Assembly (NCBI GenBank): GCA_035395685.1
Contig: DAOPBR010000007.1
Span: 918-64,917, forward strand
DNA: 64,000 nucleotides
Direction of reading: 5' to 3'
From: Spirochaetota bacterium
Lineage (GTDB): Bacteria; Spirochaetota; UBA4802; JAFGJZ01
Below, one piece after another: positions 37,433 through 45,859 of the stretch. The notes below the pieces were generated by a model, which worked only from the letters and a program-made list of their open reading frames with translations, made no database searches and had not been told where the DNA came from. The translations under genes were made by a program, and so were the position numbers. Within the stretch, counting starts at the first letter, position 1; every line of letters starts with the position of its first letter.

Positions 37433-39551
37433 GTATTATTCCGTTTTCACGAAGGAATGACCACTCCGAACTTTCAGTAAACGGAGCAAACCGCATATCT
37501 TTTTTGATTTCTGATAAAAGTATTTTTTTTCCGGAAAAAATATCAGCTTCATGCACGATATGCATAATTAATTCTGAATTTGATTCAGAGAATTCTATCG
37601 AGTCCGAACCCGATTTATCAGTCAACACAAGAAAATTTCTGCCGCGCTTTTTTTCAATTTCCAGTACACCCGACAAATTCCATAAAATATATTTTCCTTC
37701 CAGAGGAAAATGATCTTCTGATTCATAAATTCTTTTAATTGAGCCTGGTTTAATTCCGGGCTTCTTAACTGCAAAATCAAAAAAAGATGATACGGTAGTT
37801 TTTATTTCTGAATACATATTATAACAGTTTAGCGCTGCACGTAAACCGTTTGAATATAATGAATAATCGCAGATATCACCCGAATATGCCGTTTCATTAT
37901 TTGCAAAAGGATTCATTTTACCCAGAGCCTTCACGCCATAATCTTTTGAATTCATTCCCGAATCACTGTGAACTGTCATCGCATATCTGTGAAAATATGC
38001 AGACGTCAGATATCCGTTTTCAAACATCTGTCTCACGGTCTCAAGAGAATCTGAAACCTCCTGCTCTGTCTGCGTAGGAAAACCGTATATAAGATATGAA
38101 TGAACCATTATTCCGGCATTTGTAAAATTAGCGCATGTTGTAATCGCTTCTTCAAGAGCAACACCCTTTTTCATTAATTCAAGAATGCGCCTGTTTGCCG
38201 CCTCAAGCCCGCCGCTTACACCGATACAGCCTGCAACAGAAAGAAGTCTCGCCATATCCATTGTGAAACTTTTTTCAAAGCGGATATTGCCCCACCAGCT
38301 TATGGAAAGTTTTCTGCTAATTAATTCCAGTGACAATTCGCGCAGCAAAGCCGGCGGCGCGGCTTCGTCTGTAAAATGAAAAGAATTTATTCCGGTTTCT
38401 TTGACAAGTTTTTCTATTTTATCCGCCGCACCTTCTGATGTTTCCGGTTCAAACCGGCATATATAATCAAGTGAGGTATCACAGAATGCGCATTTCTTCC
38501 AGTAACATCCGTGAGCAAGAGTCATCTTCAGATAAAAGTCCGAATTCCACATCGAAAGCATCGGATTGGCATTGTCCGAAAGCATAAGATACCTAGTGGT
38601 ATCTATATCCGAATAATCTGCATAAAAACCTTCATATATCTTTGCATCGGCTTCGTCCGAATCACGGAATACTATTTTCTCATCCTCAATAAAAAATGTG
38701 CGCTTAAACGAATAAGATTCGCCGCGCGCTTTTTTTATGATATTGAGAAGAGGCTTCTCGCCGTCATCAAGCGTCATATACTGAGCATAGTCAAAAAACT
38801 TCTTCTCTCTGATATTTCTAAGTTCGGTATTGACGAAACCTCCCCCGGCGCATCTTGTAATTTCCGGATAGTTATCCCTGACAAAACGGAGGGCTCGAAG
38901 TGCATTAACAAGTGTACCCGGGAAAGGTATGCTGACAGCAAATATATCAGGATTGTATTTTTCAATTTCAGCGCGCAAAAGACTGTAATACATTTCTGTG
39001 ATAATATTATCTTTAAGTACTTCATCTTCAACGGGAGCAAAAGTTTCAGCCGATACGGAAATTCTTTCGGCATACTTCGCAAGAGCAAATGAAGAATCTA
39101 CTGTTTCTGAAATGAATCTTGCCATATCCGCAAGAAAAAATGTGCACATAATTCTTGCCCGCTCAATATCATTATCAGAAGAAACGCCTGAAAGAATAAT
39201 CTGCGCACGTTCTCCGCTTTCAGGCAGAATACCTCCTCTGACTATTCTTCTTGCTGAAGCGGTGTTGCTTCGCTGCAGAAAATCCATTACAAAATCAGCC
39301 GAATCGGTAAAAGAATCTTTTACAATAAAAATCTTTTCGGAAAATTTTGTGCTGATGAATTGTTCAGCCGAATCAAATATTTTCCTCATTCCACCAGAAG
39401 AAAATACTTTATGAGCAAGCATGATACTCATATCAGCCTGATGCGCAGAATATCCAATCGATTTCAGGTAGCGGAGAAGATATCCCGCTGCTGGATACGG
39501 GCAATTAAACTGCGTAAACGGCGGCGTAATTATTAAAAGATCAGAACTCAC
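37422..39551 (-). CDS. Large radical-SAM-like protein with B12-binding-like N-terminal domain and CX4CX2C cluster
   Basis: HGCYWKKCAFCD. 709 aa. Overlaps both neighbours. Confidence 0.5.
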   Translation of the reverse strand: MSSDLLIITPPFTQFNCPYPAAGYLLRYLKSIGYSAHQADMSIMLAHKVFSSGGMRKIFDSAEQFISTKFSEKIFIVKDSFTDSADFVMDFLQRSNTASARRIVRGGILPESGERAQIILSGVSSDNDIERARIMCTFFLADMARFISETVDSSFALAKYAERISVSAETFAPVEDEVLKDNIITEMYYSLLRAEIEKYNPDIFAVSIPFPGTLVNALRALRFVRDNYPEITRCAGGGFVNTELRNIREKKFFDYAQYMTLDDGEKPLLNIIKKARGESYSFKRTFFIEDEKIVFRDSDEADAKIYEGFYADYSDIDTTRYLMLSDNANPMLSMWNSDFYLKMTLAHGCYWKKCAFCDTSLDYICRFEPETSEGAADKIEKLVKETGINSFHFTDEAAPPALLRELSLELISRKLSISWWGNIRFEKSFTMDMARLLSVAGCIGVSGGLEAANRRILELMKKGVALEEAITTCANFTNAGIMVHSYLIYGFPTQTEQEVSDSLETVRQMFENGYLTSAYFHRYAMTVHSDSGMNSKDYGVKALGKMNPFANNETAYSGDICDYSLYSNGLRAALNCYNMYSEIKTTVSSFFDFAVKKPGIKPGSIKRIYESEDHFPLEGKYILWNLSGVLEIEKKRGRNFLVLTDKSGSDSIEFSESNSELIMHIVHEADIFSGKKILLSEIKKDMRFAPFTESSEWSFLRENGIILVV

Positions 39552-42391
39552 AGTTCTACTTTAATTCCGTAATAGAATTCTTTCTGACCGTACTTGTCGA
39601 ATCCGTTTGCAAAACCGGCATACACGGTATGGTTGAGAAAATATCCAGTTGTCATATCAAACATAATTTCACAGCCGGCGCTTCTATAATACTTTTTATC
39701 TTTTGAATCCTTCGAAGCGCTTGAATAAAGACGCGCCGCTTCAAAAAAAGGCCGGATATAATTTACATGATTAAAAACCGGAATTCTGTCAAACCCGTTA
39801 TTCAGCCTGAAAAGAGGCATTATATATTCTGCCGTAATTGACTGATAGCGGTTGCCCCACACCTTGTCTTTTTCATATCCGCGTATACCGTCTTCCATAT
39901 TGTCAAGACTGTTTGTGAAAACTTTTTTTGAACGGGCAAGGGAAAACGGCGAACTGAAATATTCATCAGCATTTGAATGACCGAACTTTCCGGTAAATGA
40001 AAAACAGTGATTATAAATAAATGAAGGAAGCCTTAATGAAAGTGCTCCGAAATAATTTTTAAGTTCAGAATCATCACCGAACTTCTTAGAATAATTTTCC
40101 GCATAACCGTGGAAAAAAAATCCGCGTTCTTTCGTAACTGAATAAGTAAACATCTCTGAGGTATTAAAGTCTAAAACAGCTTTTACTACACCCTTCTTTC
40201 CTTCAATCTCATAAACAACACCGTTTCTGTTATATTCCCAGAATGTTTTCCCCCGGGTATAATATAATCCGAGATTCGCCTGATATTTCATTTTCATATA
40301 CGGAATCATAAGAATTCCCGAATATGAGTTTTCTGTTGTCCGTTTAGTATCCTCTTCAATATCATACGGAAAATCATTTTCTTTCCAGAACAGACGTTCA
40401 TTCAGATATGATGCTCCGAGTGTAAACAAATGATTAAAATTATAGAGATATAATGCTGATACAGTTGATCTTTTCTGAGAAAAATCGTTAACAGAAAACA
40501 ATGACAGATTGTGAATCAAAAGAGTATCGGAAAATTGGAAATAGGAATAAAGCGTATTATTATAGCCGCTCTCATCAGAAATTTTTTCACCCTGAAGCGA
40601 GAAAAGAAAAAGCCACATCCATGGAGAAACATTAAACAATGAATAATATTTTTTTTCTTCAAAAACCGCTTCAGCAGCATTATCACTTTCGATTGAATTA
40701 TCAGCAGAAAATGATTTCTCCATGGGAAAAGATTCAGCAGCCGCAGGATAATTCATTATCCCCACTCCGTATCCGCCGTCTCCGAAAACAGTAAATGCCA
40801 GCTTATTGCCGTTTGGTGAAACATCGGATGAAAAAGCTCCGGTAAGCAGGTTGGTAAGCCTTGATGCCGTTCCTGATTTTATTTTTAACTCATAAAGATT
40901 AAAAATACCGGTTCTATCGGATGAAAAGACCAATTCAGAATCATTCTTCCATGCCGGAAACATGCAAAATGATCCCCTAATTGAATATTTTGACACCTTT
41001 AAATCTTCAATATTCAAAACTGCGATTACGGTCTTTCCCTGATTTTCTTTATCACGCATCGAATACGCAATTTTTTTACCATCGGGCGAAAATCTGCAAT
41101 GGGAAATCTGAACGAAAGATTCTAATAATATTTTTTCATTTTTAAAATCACTGCCGCATACTGAAAGAACATACTTCCCTGCATCCTCGCTTATCATACA
41201 GACTTTGCCGTTTTTAACATCAATCCATGACGAACGTTTTTTCCGGACTGAAGCACTTTCTTTGCCTGACTTTTTTAAATCATAATACAATCGGCTGTTG
41301 CCGTATAATTCAAGCGAGTTATAGTAAAGATTCCCATCCTCTCCGGCAAAAGACTGACAGTACACAGTGTCTTCAATTTTTTTATCATAAAGAAATTTGG
41401 AATTCAGCTTGCGAAACCTTATTGATTCGCCCGTGTGAGGAGAATCTTTTACATAATACAAAGCGCTATCCGATTCAAACCGCGGATTTCCTGAATTAAA
41501 TGAATATGGACAAACCAGATAAAACTTTGAAATTCCGGCAGATTCAATTTTTGCTTTTTCATTTGTAAACTCAGCAAGCTGAAACCTTTTCCATTCATCC
41601 CATGTATCCAGAAGAGACGCGCCGTACTGTTTACGGAAATTTCCGTACATCTGAAACGGAAAAATATTATGAGCATTAATTTCGAACTGCTCAGCGAACT
41701 GACCCTTTTCAAAATATGCCGAGTTCATATAATTTACAAAATACGCACCGTAGAGATAGGCTATGTTTCCCCCAGGCCATCCGGCATGCGAATTTGCTGC
41801 TTCAGAAAGTGAACGGTCATTGCCGGCAAGAAAATCAGTACGCACAATCATTCTTGCAAGAGAGCTTGAAAGTCTTCCGGAATTTTCGAGCTGTGATTCG
41901 CTATATACTGCGTTGCCTTCAAGCTGCCAAAGAGGAACAATAGCATTAGGAAATGCAACAAATCTTCCGGTAAAAATATATATAAATCTCCAGAAGCCGT
42001 ACCGTTTATCCATATTCAGAATATGGGTGAACTCATGAACAAATACAGACTCAAGCCAGTTATTCATATTACCAATAGTATCTTCGGGCTGAGGCGACTT
42101 GAGATATATTCTTATAATATTATCAGGTGAAGGTGTAGCATAACCGTTTGAAATATCCATATCATCTGTCAGAACAATTTTAACTTTTGAATAAGGAATC
42201 CATTTCTGCGATTTCGTCAACGCGGGATAATGCTTCTCGGATATCAGAGCAAGTCGTGCGGCATACTTATAAAGATTATCCTCATAGATTATTTTAAAGT
42301 GATCAGTCTCTATATACTTATAACTTGCAGCATGAATTACTCCGAATGAACAAATCATGAAAAAAGCCGCAAACATTATTTTTCTAAACAT
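39548..42391 (-). CDS. Secreted HExxH zinc-peptidase-like protein fused to TolB-like (PD40) beta-propeller repeats
   Basis: Signal peptide; HEFTHILN…E; repeated FSPDGKKIAYS and VSPNGNKLAF motifs. 947 aa. Confidence 0.45.
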   Translation of the reverse strand: MFRKIMFAAFFMICSFGVIHAASYKYIETDHFKIIYEDNLYKYAARLALISEKHYPALTKSQKWIPYSKVKIVLTDDMDISNGYATPSPDNIIRIYLKSPQPEDTIGNMNNWLESVFVHEFTHILNMDKRYGFWRFIYIFTGRFVAFPNAIVPLWQLEGNAVYSESQLENSGRLSSSLARMIVRTDFLAGNDRSLSEAANSHAGWPGGNIAYLYGAYFVNYMNSAYFEKGQFAEQFEINAHNIFPFQMYGNFRKQYGASLLDTWDEWKRFQLAEFTNEKAKIESAGISKFYLVCPYSFNSGNPRFESDSALYYVKDSPHTGESIRFRKLNSKFLYDKKIEDTVYCQSFAGEDGNLYYNSLELYGNSRLYYDLKKSGKESASVRKKRSSWIDVKNGKVCMISEDAGKYVLSVCGSDFKNEKILLESFVQISHCRFSPDGKKIAYSMRDKENQGKTVIAVLNIEDLKVSKYSIRGSFCMFPAWKNDSELVFSSDRTGIFNLYELKIKSGTASRLTNLLTGAFSSDVSPNGNKLAFTVFGDGGYGVGIMNYPAAAESFPMEKSFSADNSIESDNAAEAVFEEKKYYSLFNVSPWMWLFLFSLQGEKISDESGYNNTLYSYFQFSDTLLIHNLSLFSVNDFSQKRSTVSALYLYNFNHLFTLGASYLNERLFWKENDFPYDIEEDTKRTTENSYSGILMIPYMKMKYQANLGLYYTRGKTFWEYNRNGVVYEIEGKKGVVKAVLDFNTSEMFTYSVTKERGFFFHGYAENYSKKFGDDSELKNYFGALSLRLPSFIYNHCFSFTGKFGHSNADEYFSSPFSLARSKKVFTNSLDNMEDGIRGYEKDKVWGNRYQSITAEYIMPLFRLNNGFDRIPVFNHVNYIRPFFEAARLYSSASKDSKDKKYYRSAGCEIMFDMTTGYFLNHTVYAGFANGFDKYGQKEFYYGIKVEL

Positions 42392-42412
42392 AAAATTCCC
42401 CGTTATCTCAAG

Positions 42413-43198
42413 TTAAATCCATGGAGTAACATGAAAACATCTTTGATTGCCTTCATATATTATCATAATCTTATTTTCACGCTGAAGCTCAACAAGAGTC
42501 TCAGAGAGAATAGTCTTAAACTGACGGCGCAGAGAATCGCCGATCAGATAACCGGATCTTCTTCTTACGGATGATGCTTCTTCTGCCGACAGCTCATTAA
42601 AAGAAAAATCCGGAAGTGCATAGTAATCATCAAAAAATATATCAAAACTGACACCGTAGCTGTGTGTCGATTCATTTATGGCATTAACATTTGTTTTCTT
42701 CAACTCAGTTTGATAATCAGACACCCGAAGAGCTGAAGATACAGCAAAACTGACGCTCCCCTTTATATTTCTTTTTCTCAGATTCAAATCAAAACGTTTA
42801 CAAATCAAATCAAGCGCCGATGCCGCTTCTTTCGTCAGATAACGGTTTTCCTTACTGACTCCGTAAAAATAATACTTCTGAGGAATAAGCTCGATATAAT
42901 CCCCGTTTTTAATAAATGCTTCAGCCTGAGTCCTTGACTGCGAATGAAAACCGTATTTTTTCGCAAATGCCGCATGGCGCGGATATGAGCTCCTCATTTC
43001 AGCAATATCAGATCCCTTCCAGTCGTCAAATATCGGCGTCGAATCAATGACAGAATTCTCAAAAGCTCCGATATCATCCATAAACTCATTGACTTCCGAA
43101 ATATACGCCTTCCGTTTCTCATACAGACGGAAAGATACACCGATTGACACGGCAATCATTAGAACAAATATAATAGAGACAGTTACAGCTTTTTTCAT
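42413..43198 (-). CDS. Membrane-anchored M15/VanY-like D,D-peptidase
   Basis: N-terminal TM helix. STHSYGVSFD matches the SxHxxGxAxD motif. Confidence 0.45.
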   Translation of the reverse strand: MKKAVTVSIIFVLMIAVSIGVSFRLYEKRKAYISEVNEFMDDIGAFENSVIDSTPIFDDWKGSDIAEMRSSYPRHAAFAKKYGFHSQSRTQAEAFIKNGDYIELIPQKYYFYGVSKENRYLTKEAASALDLICKRFDLNLRKRNIKGSVSFAVSSALRVSDYQTELKKTNVNAINESTHSYGVSFDIFFDDYYALPDFSFNELSAEEASSVRRRSGYLIGDSLRRQFKTILSETLVELQRENKIMIIYEGNQRCFHVTPWI

Positions 43199-43299
43199 AA
43201 AACACCCCGCACTTTTTTAATAGACTTGCTTTTTTTGGCAACCATGATTCGTTAATTATTGTCTCTCTGCATATAAGCGGATTTCCGCACAGTTAAGGA

Positions 43300-43650
43300 G
43301 TGTTTATGAATACATCATCACAAGCCGCACAAGTGGTAATTGCGGTGATCCCGATTGCAGGGATAATGATGGGAGGAGCCGTGGCGCTTTTGTATCTCAT
43401 CTATGCGCATAAGCAAAAAATGCTTATGATTGAAAAAGGCGTTTTTAAAAAAACAAGAATCGATCTCCGAGGTATCGTTTTCTTTTCGGGATTTCCATTA
43501 AGCGCGACAGGATTGGGACTCACGCTTTTTTTTGCAATAAAAGACGGAATCAATTACGGAATGCTGAGCGGTCTTATCCCGCTTTTTATCGGCATCAGCT
43601 TTATTATTTATAATTTTCTCAAGCATTCAACAACTTCGGACCGGGGATGA
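43300..43650 (+). CDS. Small membrane protein (3-4 TM), first gene of ECF sigma operon
   Basis: Hydrophobic profile. Stop overlaps the sigma-factor start. Confidence 0.35.
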   Translation: MFMNTSSQAAQVVIAVIPIAGIMMGGAVALLYLIYAHKQKMLMIEKGVFKKTRIDLRGIVFFSGFPLSATGLGLTLFFAIKDGINYGMLSGLIPLFIGISFIIYNFLKHSTTSDRG

Positions 43651-44201
43651 ATCAGCTTTCAGACGAACAGATAGTAAATTCAGTTTTAAACGGAGATACC
43701 GAGGCCTTTTCTGAACTGATAACAAGGTACAATAACCGTGTGTTTGCAGTCGGAATGAGGCTTTTTAAAAATCAGGATGATGCCGGCGATTTTACGCAGG
43801 AGGTTTTCATCCGCGCATTCGACAAACTCAGCTTATTCAGCTTTATATCGCCGTTTTCTCACTGGCTTATTAAGCTCGCGTATAATTACGGAATAAACCT
43901 GCTGAAGAAAAAAAAGAAGGAAATTCCTTCAGATAAAATAGAAATTACATCTAAGGAAGATCAAAGTGAATCGTATTCAAAAAAGGAGCTCGCGGAACTT
44001 GTAAGAAGCGCCGTCGATACCCTTCCTGAAGACTATAGAATATGTGTTGATTTGTTTTTTTACTGGGACATGAAACTCACTGACATTTCGGCACTGACGA
44101 ATAAACCGCTTAACACGGTTAAATCAAACGTGCGCAGGGCAAAAATAATACTGCGCGACAAATTAAAAGGAACAATCGCGGAGGAGTACCATGAACTGTA
44201 A
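43647..44201 (+). CDS. ECF (sigma-70 family) RNA polymerase sigma factor
   Basis: Region 2 (FTQEVFIRAF) and region 4 helix-turn-helix (LTDISALTNKPLNTVKSNVRRA). Confidence 0.85.
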   Translation: MNQLSDEQIVNSVLNGDTEAFSELITRYNNRVFAVGMRLFKNQDDAGDFTQEVFIRAFDKLSLFSFISPFSHWLIKLAYNYGINLLKKKKKEIPSDKIEITSKEDQSESYSKKELAELVRSAVDTLPEDYRICVDLFFYWDMKLTDISALTNKPLNTVKSNVRRAKIILRDKLKGTIAEEYHEL

Positions 44202-44670
44202 TGACGCAACACGTATAATCGACTACATAATAACAGGAAAAGAAAGCAAATCTTTCATCAGGCATATTGAAGAATGCCCGGTCTGCGCTAAAGAATACCA
44301 TGAATTTATGAAAATAAAAAAGATGGCATCGGAAGAAGATCTTTTTATTTCAAATGTAAAACCCGAAAGCATAATGGATAAAATAAAAGTCAGAACAAAG
44401 GAAGTATCTTCATATCCATGGGCGATAGCAATCATCGTGTCTCTGATCGGCATCATGCTGGTTTCGCCTATTACACATGAACTTCAAAACAGCTACCCTG
44501 ACGCGGGAAGTTTTTCAATAATCCTGAATCTTGTATTCGGTCTTTTGATCAGTTGTTTCATATTCATGTACATGTACACGCATCATGATAAATCGAAACG
44601 CATTGCGCAGTTTTTAAAGAGAGAGCATCATCATTTGATGCATATAGCAGACAGGTCGTTGAGGAGATAA
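44191..44670 (+). CDS. Zinc-binding (ZAS-type) anti-sigma factor with TM segment
   Basis: HIEECPVC HxxxCxxC motif plus a TM helix. Confidence 0.65.
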   Translation: MNCNDATRIIDYIITGKESKSFIRHIEECPVCAKEYHEFMKIKKMASEEDLFISNVKPESIMDKIKVRTKEVSSYPWAIAIIVSLIGIMLVSPITHELQNSYPDAGSFSIILNLVFGLLISCFIFMYMYTHHDKSKRIAQFLKREHHHLMHIADRSLRR

Positions 44671-45260
44671 TCCTCGACTATCTTTACATTCGAAAATGAG
44701 AATTTTTTGATTACGTTCTCTACATCACGTATTGAATAATAATGATATTTTTCTTCTTTATCATCCGAACGCTCACTTAGAAGATTGAATACTATATATT
44801 GCGATGAAAGATCCGAAAAAACCCTGAGAGCGTTTTCAAGAAACTCAATATTGTTTCCGAGATTGAGATTAAAAATTCCTGAACTGAAAACAACATCAAA
44901 AACTCTTGATGAAAATAATTCCGGTTCAGAAAAAGCATCTCCGTGAATAATTTCAATTTCCGGAAATCTTTCGCGTGCAGCAGACGCCATTTGAGGAAGA
45001 ATATCTATTCCGGTATATTTAGTGCGTATTCCATGTTCAGAAAGAAAAGCATACAAATCAGCAAGACCGCATCCGACATCAAGAAGTGATTTTCCGGGAA
45101 GAGGAACATACTCGCTCAATACTGCAAAACGTGAATGCTGGGCTTCCATGCTTTCCCAGTCAAGAATCTCATGGTTAAGCCGGTCGGTTCCGAATTTGGG
45201 AACATAATGATCGCGGATAATTTCTATTCGAGAACGTTTATTTGGAGATATGCAATTCAT
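44631..45260 (-). CDS. Class I SAM-dependent methyltransferase
   Basis: LLDVGCGLADL motif I. Confidence 0.65.
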   Translation of the reverse strand: MNCISPNKRSRIEIIRDHYVPKFGTDRLNHEILDWESMEAQHSRFAVLSEYVPLPGKSLLDVGCGLADLYAFLSEHGIRTKYTGIDILPQMASAARERFPEIEIIHGDAFSEPELFSSRVFDVVFSSGIFNLNLGNNIEFLENALRVFSDLSSQYIVFNLLSERSDDKEEKYHYYSIRDVENVIKKFSFSNVKIVEDYLLNDLSAICIK

Positions 45261-45464
45261 GTGACCGGTCTATTCCTGCTTATTATTATTTCAATACTTT
45301 TTTATTAACAAAATATATAAAATCCCGAAGCAGAATCAAATCAAAAAATAACCGGAATAAAAAACCGGTTGTCCGGAAGAAAATGAATAAATATCTCAAA
45401 GGAGAAAAAAAATAACCATCTTTTTGAAATCTTTTTGTTGCCGTTTCGCGAATTGCTGGATATC

Positions 45465-45486
45465 ATATACCCTAGGGGGGTATACT
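45465..45486 (+). promoter_or_regulatory. CsoR-type operator ATACCCTAGGGGGGTAT, overlapping the csoR ribosome-binding site/start
   Basis: GC-cored palindrome, closely resembling as I recall it the B. subtilis copZA CsoR site; immediately 5' of the csoR ATG. Confidence 0.6.
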
Positions 45487-45488
45487 AG

Positions 45489-45797
45489 ATGCCGAAACAC
45501 TCATGCGACAAATGTTCCGAAAAACTTGCACATCATTCATCCGAATTAAAATCCGATATAGACAAAAGAATATCCAAAATCGAAGGTCAGATAAGGGGAA
45601 TACGAAAGATGATTTCCGAAGACAAGTACTGCGATGACGTATTGAATCAGATTACGTCCGCGCAATCAGCATTAAACAGCGTCAGGATCATGCTTCTTGA
45701 AAACCATATTAATTCATGTGTCGCAGAACAGCTTGCTGAAGGCGATAAGTCCGTTATTGACGAGTTAATGAAAACAATAGCGAGAATGGTGAGGTAA
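45489..45797 (+). CDS. csoR: CsoR/RcnR-family copper-sensing repressor
   Basis: DUF156 pattern with YCDDVLNQ … H … C ligand set. Confidence 0.85.
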   Translation: MPKHSCDKCSEKLAHHSSELKSDIDKRISKIEGQIRGIRKMISEDKYCDDVLNQITSAQSALNSVRIMLLENHINSCVAEQLAEGDKSVIDELMKTIARMVR

Positions 45798-45859
45798 TAA
45801 TGAATCCAGACGTCTTCAGCGGAAGCGGCGGATCGATGCACGGAATGTAAGGAGATTAT

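Noticed and set aside
43230-43250. TGGCAACCATGATTCGTT resembling a sigma-54 -24/-12 promoter
   Set aside because: The -12 GC dinucleotide is absent at the required spacing, and no enhancer-binding-protein gene is nearby.
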